A DNA stretch of 64,000 bases from Ministeria vibrans ATCC 50519 (taxonomy: Eukaryota > Protista > Filasterea). Shown here piece by piece: positions 1 to 16,758 of this stretch. Both the position numbers and the translations under genes were made by a program. How positions within the stretch are numbered: position 1 is the first letter of the stretch; each line of letters starts with the position of its first letter. The DNA lies in the NCBI GenBank assembly GCA_943704425.1, contig CALSCP010002781.1, forward strand, positions 22,330 through 86,329. The letters run 5' to 3'. The notes beneath the pieces were generated by a model that searched no databases, was not told the DNA's origin, and was given only the letters and a program-made list of their open reading frames with translations.

Positions 1-202
<202 letters not shown>

Positions 203-226
203 TTGGGGTTTACACGTGTCTTGCAG

Positions 227-388
227 GAACGGTCATCCGCTGTGTGGTCTCAACGCAGGGCATTACGGATGTGTACACCGATCAAAACGACCTTGTGCTT
301 GACGACTGTAACGCTAATGGTAACGTCCAATTGCAGACCAAGCAAGGCAGCTGTGTGTGTATGTGTGTGTGTGTGTGTATGTTTGTGT

Positions 389-428
<40 letters not shown>

Positions 429-1670
429 TTGTGTGTGTATGTGTGTGTGTGTGTGTGTGCGTGTGTGTGTCTGTTGTCTCACATGTTCTCTCTCTTTGAT
501 TGTGTTTGAAGGAATAACTCATGCCATTGAGCACACCCTGACTCAGGCTGAGGTGTGCAGTGGCACCGTTATGCGGAGTGAGATAGTCTACTACGAGCCT
601 GACGCCTGCAATGACGTGGTTCAACCCCAAACGGGAGTTGGAGAATGCGCTGTTGTGGGTTCTCCAAACGACCGAATCACCATGTCAAGTACGTGCGGAT
701 CCGGGAGATTGTCTCGTCATCTAGGTCACCCGCTTGGGCTCATGTTCTAAAACCCCTTTTCACAGGTGCCATTTTGGGATGCTTCCCCGAGGACGCTCTG
801 GTGACCATGGCAGATGACACTCTGCGACGCATGGACACGCTTGCCGTGGGCGACTCGGTGCGCTGCTTGCGTGGCGCAACGCTCTCCCACTGCCGTGTGA
901 CCACCTTCTTTGACCGGGTGCCATCCACCTCGTACAACTATGTGCAGCTCACAACGGAGACCACGACACAGATGCTGTGGATTTCGAAGCTTCATCTCAT
1001 GTATGTTGCTCCCGCCACCAACTCATCTGCGTGCCGTGAAGTGGACCTCGACGACACGCGGCTCAACCATGTGCCTCATGATGGTGCCTGCTTTACCTTT
1101 GCCGAACGTGTCTCCGTTGGTGATCGCGTTGCTCTCTCGGACGACCTTACGTCGTTGGTGATGGTGACGAGTGTGGGACACGCCACAAAGCGTGGCGTGT
1201 ACGCGCCCGTTGTCGATGGCGGTGGCCGCTTCTTTGTCAACGGAGTGCTGGTGAGCAGCGTACCCGACTGCCCGCTTGGCGAGGCGTTGTGTATGCTGGG
1301 CATGACACCGCTCACCCAGCAGCTAGACACACGTGCGACCGAGGACATCGTGGGCCTCCACCCGTATGTCAAGCAGTGGATCCCCCTGGGTCCTCTGCTG
1401 CGACGTCTCTCCAACGACAATTCCTTTAACGTGAAGCATCTGGGCGATGCACTTGAAGCGCGCAACGCTTCTGGCGACCTGTCGACCTTTGCGGATGTCG
1501 CGTCCCTTCTCGCCGTACACTTGCTCCTGCAGCTGCCCTCTGATAGCATCCTTGCTCGCCCCCTTGCGGCTGTGTCACGCACCCTCCTTGGTCTTTTGGG
1601 CGATCGCCTTTTGCTTGCCGAACCACTGTGGAAGCCTCTCCTCCCATTTCCTGGGAGTGTGTCTTTTTGA
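227..1670 (+). CDS. Hedgehog-related Hog (Hint + sterol-recognition region) protein with an N-terminal fasciclin-like segment; 5' end lies outside the window
   Basis: Exons about 227-319, 512-688 and 766-1670. G|CFP cleavage site (Cys codon 780-782), FFDR (Hh D46 equivalent), ISKLH (TxxH block), GVYAPVV..G.FFVNGVLVS, then GLHPY resembling the Hh SRR motif GIHWY. Confidence 0.85.
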
Positions 1671-2071
1671 TCAGGGGGAAACAAAAGCCAAAACCCGCAT
1701 ATAAAAAAATATAATAATAATAATAATAATAATTATTATTATTATACATAATACAATAATAGTACTTATTATTATTATTATAATTATTTTGGATAGTGTA
1801 TCAGTGGGTTTATAGGCTGACTTCGAGACATTCTCTTTTTTTTGTATATTGTTTCCATCTTGTTTTCACGTAGATCCGAGGACAACACTCTATTTCAATA
1901 ATACGATGTTGTATTCTTAATAATTCTTCTTCTATTTCATTAATAAAAGGGATGTATTCTTCTACTATTTCAGTATTCGGGGGAGTCTTCGCGCGGTGTG
2001 CATGAGGAGGGGGATCGTTCGAAGTGAGGGTTGGGTGGGAAGGTAGGATAGGGATAGAGCAAGGCCACTTC

Positions 2072-3813
2072 CTAGGAATAGTCTACGCTGCGAGTCTGCT
2101 GCTGCTGATGGTGCTGCGGCAGTGTTGGAGGAGATGATGGTGACCGCTGAAAAGCAGTACATTTCACTACTCGAGAGCCTTCGTCGTTGTCTTCATCATT
2201 GTCACTGTCAGCCAGGTTGCTATTGTTGCTACTGCTGCTCGTGTTGCTGGTGTTGGCAGCGGATGTGGTGGTGGTGTTGGCAGCGGATGTGGTGGTGGTG
2301 TTGGCAGCGGATGTGGTGGTGGTGTTGGCAGAGGATGTGGTGGTGGTAGTTGTGGTGTCCATGGGCATCATGCCTTCCTGCATCGTGTCGAGAAAGCTCA
2401 TTACCTCGTCATCAGGCGGCGGAAAGGTGAAATCAGACGACGGCGGTAACGGCAAGTTGGCGAGCACTGAATGTGTCTGAGGAGGTGAAGTCACCACTGA
2501 GCGCCTGTGCGCCGATCGAGAAACGTAAGGTCTGTTCTGCTCGTGTCCGTGGCGGTGCATACGTCGTCCGTATTCCAATAGGCGTTCGCGGCTGCGTTCG
2601 ATTTCGCGTTGGTGTTCGCGTTGGCGTTCGCGTTGGCGTTCGCGTTCGCGTTCGAGTTCGCGTATGAGTTCGCGTCGGCGTTCACGTTGGCGTTCGCGTT
2701 CGGGTTCGAGTTCGAGTTGGCGTTCGCGTTCGCGTTCGCGTTGGCGTTCGCGTTGGTATTCGCGGTCGAGCGCGTACTCTGCAAAGGTGGGTCTTAATTC
2801 TGACCTCAAGGTGTGAGATGTACGCTCGGGCGGTTCCATGTCCCACGTGTAATCAGCGTCAACAGGTCGAGGCACCGGCTGGAAGTCGCTGCGTGGAGGT
2901 TCGCGCGACGGTGGTGTCTCACTCTCACCGTCATCGATGCTCTCGTAGGGGCGTATACGCTGCATTGACTCGGCACGACGCCGGTGCATGTCGCGCTGCC
3001 TGATCCTCATGCGTTCCGCCTCGGCGTCTTCCTGCTCACGTGGCGGTGCTGTCTCACTCTCACCGTCATCAGCTAGTGTACGCCACATTGACTCGGCACG
3101 ACGACGCCTGATCATCATGAATTCCGCCAGGGCTGCGGCTTGCTCAGCATCATCGCTGGCGCCGTTGACGGATGCGTCGCCATCGGGTGGGTGGCTACTA
3201 CTGCCGTTGTATCGATGTGAAATACGCGAACGACGCAGGAGTAGACGATTTCGCGGGGCGGGTGCCTCCACCATCGTTCCAATTTTGAGAACAATGCCTG
3301 TCAGTCGTTCGCGCGCCGCCATGACATCTGCAGTGCGACCTTGAATCGTCGCCACCTGGCCCTCCATGGTGAGCGAGACACTCAGCTCGCCCTCGAGCGA
3401 CTTTGCCGCCCGCGACATTTCCTCGCCCTCGCCATTGAAAAAAAAACGACGCGCGGCGTCCCCATGCGATCCCACCGCAAAATCCAGCTGTGCTCGTGCA
3501 AGCTGCTGGTGTGGCAGTGTGCGCAGGGTCGATGGGACCGGTTCCGCCGGCGTGCCCGTGTCAAGCGAGAAATTTGCCGCCCGCCGAAGCTCGACCGTAT
3601 CCTCATCGTCTTCGTCGTCGACGGCGATGCTCTTGGATTCCACAAGGGCCTGGATCACTGCTCTCAGTGCAAAGTTGCTGATGACCTGGCAGGGGGCGCG
3701 ACACTGCGGACATTTGACGCGCAGAGACGACAAAGGACGCGCCGGATCAGCCGAGCCTGCAATGCCCCGGACACACTGCGCGCACGTCCCATGCCCGCAC
3801 GGGGAAAATATCA
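2072..3813 (-). CDS. RING-finger (C3HC4) protein with long Glu/Arg-rich and Thr-rich low-complexity regions; 5' end lost in gap
   Basis: PCGHGTCAQC...KCPQCR followed by NFALRAVIQ; acceptor tag at about 3814; N gap at 3887-3896 upstream. Confidence 0.75.
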
Positions 3814-3896
3814 CTACATTGGCAGGAAGAGAGCGAGAGGAGCGTCAGTGGCGTCGCAACAACGAACTTTTTTTTTTTTTTTTTTTNNNNNNNNNN

Positions 3897-4006
<110 letters not shown>

Positions 4007-4050
4007 ACAAAGACATGCACACACACACACGGAGATCGAGAGGGGAGTAC

Positions 4051-4276
4051 CTTGTTCATGACTTCTATTTCGCTCGTGTGCATAAAGGTAAACAGTTCAC
4101 GGTTGCTGTCGGCAACTTGGTTGAACGCCGACAAAAGCTCGTCGGTGGACTGAGCAAACAGTCCAAAGACCACGACGTCGCCCTTGGCAAAGACCGCCTC
4201 AGCCTGGTCGATGCTCGTGACCTCAATCGACGACGGCCCAGTCTGCTTCTTCATGTAAGCCACAATGTCCGCCGCT

Positions 4277-4313
<37 letters not shown>

Positions 4314-4824
4314 ACCTCTCAGCGACATAGAAAGCATCACTGTGCTACTTACACTTGCGTCCGCCCTCGTAGGCGCCGCTCAGGGCGCCTGATCGGAAGA
4401 TCTTCAGTGTTGGGTAGCCTGACACGCCAAATCGTCGAGCCAATTCGCCATTTTCGGTCGCATCCACCTTGGCCAACGCCACGGGAGGGTCGTTCTTCTT
4501 GAGAATAGGTGCCGCAGCGTCGTACTCGGGCTCGAGCGACTTGCAGTGTCCGCACCTGAGCGGGAGAGAGGAGCGAAAAAGACGTGTTCACATTTGATTG
4601 GCTCGTCGTTGTGGTGGCAACGCCCAGATTCAAAGGGGTTTTGGGCCGCCAGGTGCACTCCATGGACGCAGCCTGATCGCTTACCAGGGCGCATAGAACT
4701 CGATGAGCATGAGATCGTGCTTTTTCACTTCCGCTTCGAAATTGGCCTCAGTCAAAACGATTACATCCGACGCGGCCGCCATGGCCGCCACAGTCGCCAC
4801 AATCAAGCAAGTAATGAGTTTCAT
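4051..4824 (-). CDS. Protein disulfide isomerase, 5' part only (3' part lost at CA repeat and gap)
   Basis: Signal peptide [24 protein letters not shown]|[27 protein letters not shown] across three exons. Confidence 0.9.
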
Positions 4825-4952
4825 TGGCAACAAAAGTGTTAATAAACAAATGTCAAATATGAAGTGTGAGTGTGTGTGAATAGAGAAAGTTCAAGACAAG
4901 TTATTTCTTTTTGCACTTTTTTAAAGTTTTTTTTCCTGAACACTTTTTTGAC

Positions 4953-6230
4953 ATGTCAGACTCGGATCAAGTAGAATCGCCCGAGGATCTGTTTGTGCGT
5001 GAAAGAGAGGCACATTCGGATGTGCCAATTTTTGTGCATGCATACAAAGCACTTGTGCTCACGATTGAGATGACCACAGGTCCTTACTCTGCCCGTCCTG
5101 CCGCGTCTCGTGCCTGCCGCGTTGCTGACTCGTGCGCACCATTCTTTTTTCTTGTAGCTACGACGATTATGGGGCTGCGAGACCATCTGCAGGCGACGGT
5201 AGACCGCTTGAAAGAGCGCGCCGACTCAGTGACCCTTCAGTCGAGCTGTGAACTCTTCCTCACCTTTGTCTCCAAGACCGACCTTCACGATGACTTTGAG
5301 ACCACGCGTCAAGGTACCCCAGTAGCCAACAAACAGCGCAACGTGCAAGGCGGAAGAGGAAACAATCAATCGCATTGCTCATTCGACCGATTTTCTGCTG
5401 TTTTCAGTCTTGATCAAGCGAGGGAAGCTGCTCATTGAGAAGGCAGCCGCCGGCAGGTCAACCATTGCCGAACTTGGCTTGCCCTTTATCCGCGATGGAG
5501 CTGTAAGCCAGGCACGAGAAAGATGAGGCACTCATTGATTTTCGTTTTGGTCACACAGGTGGTGCTGACACACTCCCGTTCACAATGCGCACTGCAACTT
5601 CTGACGGCCGCCAAACGTGCCCACAAGCGCGTGACAGTGTTGGTGACGGAGAGCCGACCAGCGTGCTACGGCGAGCAGATGGCGAGTGAGCTGCAGGCGG
5701 CGGGCATTCCGGCAACGGTCATCCTTGACGCTGCCGTCGGCTTTTTCATCAGCAAGGTCGACGTGGTGCTCTTTGGCGCAGAGGCTGTGTGTGAGAATGG
5801 CGGCATTGTCAACACCATTGGAACCTATCAGATTGCTGTGCTTGCCAAACAGTTCAATAAGACAGTCAGACAAGAGACAGAGAGACAGAGAGACAGATTG
5901 ACTGATTGACCCATTGGTTTCAGGTTTATGTTGTCGCTGAGAGTCTCAAGTTCAGTCGGTTATTTCCCCTTAACCACTATGACCTGCCCATCTACCAGCG
6001 CGAGGACTCGGGTCCCCTTTCAACTTCAAATATTGAAGTGAGCCGCACACTCACCCCAAAAACATAGACTCAAACACACACGCACACATCCGTTTTCTTC
6101 CTTTCAGGCGACACTTTTGCAACCGACGATTGACTTTACACCGCCACAATTCATCACCCTTCTGTTTACTGACATTGGTGTTGTGCCGCCCGCGTCCATT
6201 TCAGACGAACTCATCAAATTGTATGCATAA
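4953..6230 (+). CDS. EIF2B1: Translation initiation factor eIF2B subunit alpha
   Basis: Six exons; [62 protein letters not shown]. Confidence 0.93.
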
Positions 6231-6289
6231 CAATCCAATGAGACTTTGGTATTATTATTTGTTATGTATATATTCAATTATAATTACTT

Positions 6290-6569
6290 TTACTTGTTGA
6301 ACATTCCACCAAAGTTGAGACCCTCGTACGTGGGACGTGTGGCCAGCTCACACTCCTTGAGTGTGTCTCGAATTGGCTTGCTTTCCGGCTGGAGACGCTG
6401 TGCGTGTTGCAGAACCGGAAGAGCCTTTTCAGAGTGCGACAGACGCAGAAGCGCTGTTCCCTTGCGAAACAGCGCTTTGCTCTGCTCCCCATCAATTTTA
6501 AGACTCTACATCCATGTTAACATAAAGCACGTTTGAGCAGCGTTGTGAGTAGTTTGCACGCCAAGTGTT

Positions 6570-6607
<38 letters not shown>

Positions 6608-7078
6608 TCACACCTTGTCGCACTTGTCGACGCACTTTTGCCAGTCACCCTCCTTCGTATGCACTGCCGCCAGATTGTTGTACATGGAAAGAAGCGCCTC
6701 GCGAATTTGCACCTTGATCTCCATCGAGATGGTGTCTTTCGCCGCCTGGCCGGGAAACAGCGCCATCATGTCCGACTGGTCGAGTCCCTTGATGTAGAGT
6801 ATCGCCTGAAACACAACACACACACACACACACTCAGTCGCCCTTGCGCCTCCCCCCCTCGCTTAGCTGTTACTGTGTGGTAGCACATTTTCGCTTCGTG
6901 GAGCTGCCCCGAGCGGAACATCTCGTTCCCTTTGTCTTTGAGCTGCAGACGAAATGACGAAAATGGTTGGACGACTTTTGTCTCACACATTTTTGAGACA
7001 TACCATCAATCCATATTCAAGCTTAGATTCGACAGAGTCTACGGGAGTCTCTGGTTCGGGGACAACAAAGGTTGACAT
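6290..7078 (-). CDS. TPR-repeat protein (TTC9/FKBP-TPR-like)
   Basis: LKDKGNEMFR, YNNLAAVH, KALFRKGTA TPR motifs over four exons. Confidence 0.8.
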
Positions 7079-7332
7079 AACAGACAAAAGAAAAAGATTA
7101 ATGAAAAGAAAATAATAAAATTAATCAAAAAGCAACGCAATACTTCCGCCGTAGATTGGTAAATATGTCACTTGCTTGTAATTTTGCGTGAATAGTAGAG
7201 TTTTGCAAACGGAAATTTAAACCAACATAAAACTTTTTATGTGACAATAATAAATTTAGGAATAAATGAAGTGAAAAGTATAAACAAAGGTAGTGAGCAT
7301 GCAGTCAATGTGTCTCGGTTTCTGTCTGTTTG

Positions 7333-9561
7333 TCAGCATGAAAAGTCCCAACAGATGAGCATTCCATCATCAGAACCACTCACAATCCTACAACAAAGGA
7401 AAGAGAAGAATAAGCAACGGTGTGCCGTGCGTTGTCTTGAAGATGAAATTGTGCACCTTGAGTCGTTGAAATGCAGACAGGAGACGGGGGTGACGTGGGA
7501 GAGAGAGTGAAGACAAGCACCCGAGTCCAAGTCCCACACTTTGATCGTGAGGTCGTCCGAGCAGGAGACGACGCGCAGCGAGTCAAACTGAACACCGCGA
7601 ACACCCGCCGTGTGACCAAAAAGCGTCTTACGACACACTCCCGTGTCCATATTCCACACCTGTTGCGTATACAACAACGCCAATCAGCAATGTGCAGCTA
7701 CAAGAGTGTACTACCAACTCACCTTGATAGTATTGTCCATTCCCGCACTGACAATCGTGTTGTGGCTGAGCTGCACAGCGCACACTTCCGCCATGTGCCC
7801 CTGGAACACCCGCAGACACACCACCCGCTCACAGTCCCACAGACGCATTGTGTGGTCATCACTGGCACTCAGCACATGCGCATTGTGGATACGCACCGCA
7901 GTGATAAAGTCAGAGTGTCCTACATACCCTCAAATCAGTCAAGAGTGATTGACACATCCACAGAAACAAACGTGCTCCTCAAAGGCACATCTCACAATAT
8001 GCGCCCATTCTCACTCACTTGCTCAAACACACCCCCAAAAACAAAGTCTCTCTCACATACCTCGCAAGAGCTTGACTTGACCGTCGGTAAAGGTCCACAC
8101 GCGGATCGTGCAGTCTGTGCTGCCACTGACGAGCTTCTCATGGTCAAACTGCAGAGTGGTCACACCCGACTCGTGTCCCTATGTTCAATCCAGCTCAAGT
8201 GCACCACTCTCATCGTGTTAGCTAGTGCTCTGCCTACCTCAATGGTGCGTACACACTCGCCACTGTTGATGTCCCAGATCTTCATTGTGGCGTCCATTGA
8301 GCCACTGCGCCATTCACAGTCAGTACCAAACGCGCACGCACCACACGCACACACCACGCACACACCAAGCACGCACACACACCATGCACACACACCATGC
8401 ACACACACCATGCACACACACCATGCACACATACCATGCACACATACCATGCACACACACCATGCACACACACCATTCACACACACCATTCACACACACC
8501 ATGCACACATACCATGCACACACACCATGCACACACACCACACGCACACACTTCTCTGTCACAATGCACTCACCTGATAATCTTCACATTGTCAAATTGC
8601 AGGCACCGCACACTCTCAAGATGACCCGTAAGTGTCAACAGGCACTCGCGACTGCACAGGTTCCACACTCGGATTGTGTTGTCGTTGCTTCCTGACACAA
8701 TCTATTCCCACACACACACAAAAAAACGATTGCGTATGTTAAATTTTTCAAGTCCTTTTTTCTCCACTCAAACCTTCTTGTCGTCAAATTGCACACAGGT
8801 GACTCCCTGCTCGTGCCCCACGTACCGCCGGATTTTATTGTTTCCTCTTCTCCACTACGAACACACACAGAGAAGAGCGTCAACAACCCAAAAGGACAAA
8901 CGCTCCGTTAGTACGTTTGTCTCAATGCGCAGTCGCTCGGCATACACATCCTTCCAGCGTCTCTTCTTTCGCTACAGAAACAAGAGTGAGGTGAGCCAGA
9001 CAAGCGCACGACAACACAACGGGGCTGGTACCGTCTCTTCAGAGCCGCAGGCCCCGCCAAAGCTCGTGGGGTCGTCGGTGAGGACGAGCGGCAGTCCCCA
9101 TCCACACTTGGTGCATTTCTTGTTGATGTGCTGTGCACACATGCGGTGCCACAGCGAATCGTCGTCCGCCAGCGCGTTCCAGCGGCGCGACACCTGCGCA
9201 GCCGCCGCAAGGCCGCGCGCGTCGCAAAAGGACAGGATGCGCTTGGCCAGATTGGTCGGCAGACGCGCAATGAAGTCGACGCGCACGAGCGGATCCAGGA
9301 CCCGGTAGGTGTGCGACAGCAGCGACGACGGTGCCACCTGTGCGTGCGAGACAGCAGTGTAAGGCGCTCGTTCCCCCAACAGTGTGTGTGTGAGTGTGTG
9401 TGTTGAAAATCAAACAGTGCGATGAAAAAAAAAAAAAAAAAAAAAAAAGAAAAAGAAAGAAGAAGAAGAGAGGCCACAGACTTCGCTTGGCGTGTCTTAC
9501 CTGGGTCGCTGGAGAGCCGTAAGCAGACGACACAGTTCAATGCATTCCGAACTTCTTCCAT
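7333..9561 (-). CDS. F-box/WD40 protein of the Met30/SconB type
   Basis: DFIARLP...AAQVSRRW F-box, WHRMCAQHINKKCTKCGWGLPL, WKDVYAERLRIETNW, then about 7 GH...WD repeats across many exons. Confidence 0.85.
8335..8550. repeat. Intronic minisatellite, unit about CATGCACACACAC (13 nt)
   Basis: More than ten tandem copies with minor variants. Confidence 0.9.
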
Positions 9562-9836
9562 CGTCAAAAAAAAAGTGGCAAAATTGGAATTTGGAAAAAT
9601 AATTATCTTTCGTTTGGAGTCGCAGCTTTTTTGATCTGTCGAAAGGATTGGAAAGGAAATACCCAAGGGTGTAGCTCAGTTGGCTCACACGGCGCATTTT
9701 GAGTCAGTAGTCACTAGCCAGCCGTCAGACGTCAGAGTGCGGCGCTACACTTGTATTCGATTCTCGATTTTTTGATTCATTTATTTTGTGATTCATTGGG
9801 ATTTAACTTTTGAATCAAACCTTTTTCTTCAAGACC

Positions 9837-14717
<4,881 letters not shown>

Positions 14718-14775
14718 AGAGAGAGAGAAAGAGAAATCCAATTCAAGTACAAAATTTATGATTCTTTCTTTAAAA

Positions 14776-16541
14776 TTACAAGAGACACAACACATTCTTG
14801 TCGTCCTCATAACAAATGCCATCCAGCTGCATCGCATTCACAACGTTCTTCACGTCTTCCTCCGACGCAACACTCGCCCCAGAGACGGACCTCACCAGCT
14901 CCGCCGTCGTGCGTGGCCGTGCCACAGTGCGCCTCAGTTCATGGATCAGTGTCGTACGCAGTGCGTCGTCACGTCGCCGCACTTCTGCTGTGTGTCGCTG
15001 CTCTGCCAACTGACGCACAAAGTACACACGTAATCGCCCCCGCTCGCCCCACCCCGAGACGCCATCACTCACACTCGGGCGGATTTGCTATGTACACACC
15101 AACAAAAAATAAGTCCCAAATCAGAACGTCAAGTCGCTTTTCGTGATCTCACTTCGTAGAGAGGGTAAGCAAGTCGTTCGAGATCATTGTCAGTAAGAGT
15201 TGCTGCCAGTGCCTTCATCGCCTCATACACATCCGCCAGTACACACCGCTTTGTCGTCTTCTCTTCTACTTCGTCTTCCGCATTCGCCAGATACGACCCA
15301 CACTCAAAAGCGCGTCGCAGTGACTGATTCGCACTCTGTGGTTGAACCGGCAAACCGTTGGACTGTCGCATGGCTCGTACCTCTCGTCTCGTTTTACTTT
15401 CCGCACCCCTTTTTCGCAACGTCTCATCGCCTATCTCTTCTTCACTGTCATGATCGACTCTCTGTCGCTTGGCATCCCTTTCTCCTGCCTCTTCTTCCAC
15501 CCTTTCCTCACATACTGGAATAGTGCGTCCAAGCAACGTCACATTGTCTACCCGCACATAATTTCGCCCCACTCGCTCGCCAATCGCCACTCCGTCGTGT
15601 TCTTCCTCGTGGCTCGTGTACACACCAATTTTCTCACCTAATCATCAATCAGCATGGAAAACAAAGAAGCACTGTTTTAACCTTTGGCGCGAGCATTTCG
15701 AGCGGCGACTTCGGACGCGAGCGAAAGCGCTTCGGGCCTAAGTTGCACGCGAAACGTTTGCAAAGAGACGGTGAGGAACACATACACACACACCACAAAG
15801 ACACACACACAAAGACACAAACACAAACACAAAGCACACACACAAACACAAAGCACACACACAAACACAAAGCACACACACAAACACAAAGCACACACAC
15901 AAAAACAAAGCACACACACAAAGCACACACACAAAGCACACACACAAAGCACACAAACACAGACACAAACACAAAGACACACACCACAAAGACACACACA
16001 AAGACACGCACACAAAGACACACACACACACACACCCATACACACTGATCGTCATCAACGAGACGTACCAGGTGTAGCCTTGGCGTTGCGCAATGACTGC
16101 GGCCCAGAGAATCATGACAGGAGTTCGGTTGACTTGGACAACGTCGATCGCTCGGCCTGCGCGAACTCATACGGCGTCAACAATCGAACAATGGTGCACT
16201 CGAATCGCCTCACCCTCTGCTGTTGCAACTGGAGGAGTGACCGGCCCGACGTCGGCTGCTCTGGCGCGTGCTGCGTCTGCTTCCCGCTTTCGTTTTGCGA
16301 CGACACTTTTGATGCCCGTCAAAACTTTTCGTCGTACGACCGCTGGAAGAGGTTTTAGCGCAGCATCGCCTCCTTGCATGACGGCACTTGGGGTTCCAAA
16401 CCCATTGTCGATCAAAGTTCGGGCTGTACTAAACGCTGCGTCGCCCAGGTTCGCATCGAAGAGGAATTGCACCAAACCGCCAAGGTCGATTTCGCTGGCC
16501 ATTTCCGTTTTCGCTGACGCGTCTGCTGGGTCGCTACTCAT
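14776..16541 (-). CDS. Uncharacterised multidomain protein: SAM/HhH-like N-terminus, conserved NRTPVMILWAAV...LYEQIRP...GWG domain, C-terminal winged-helix-like region
   Basis: At least five exons join in frame through GT-AG introns (AEG|RAIDVVQVNRTPVMILWAAVIAQRQGYTW|PEALSLASEVAARNARAKG|EKIG...LYE|QIRPSVSDGVSGWGERG). Confidence 0.7.
15780..16045. repeat. Compound (CA)n/CAAAG intronic repeat
   Basis: Seen directly in the sequence. Confidence 0.9.
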
Positions 16542-16758
16542 CGCGAGAAGCAAAACAATAATAATTATTATAATACAAATTATAATAATACGAAGGAGAA
16601 GAACACAAACACAATGAATGTATTTACTAATGATAATAATTATAATACGAAGAATCAACTTATTTCTTAAGCGAGGACCGCCTGGCAACCTCAACCAATG
16701 CGCTAGAGATAAAATACATTGCTTACTGAATGTTTAGGGAGGACGATAGTGTTTTGTA

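Noticed and set aside
780-1270. Hint domain as a true intein or mobile element
   Set aside because: It lacks the C-terminal His-Asn, has no homing endonuclease, and has hedgehog-type GVYAP and SRR-like features.
7471-8695. Long antisense and low-complexity ORFs (HTHT, CVCV, ERER types) in the ORF track
   Set aside because: They are translations of microsatellites or antisense shadows of real genes.
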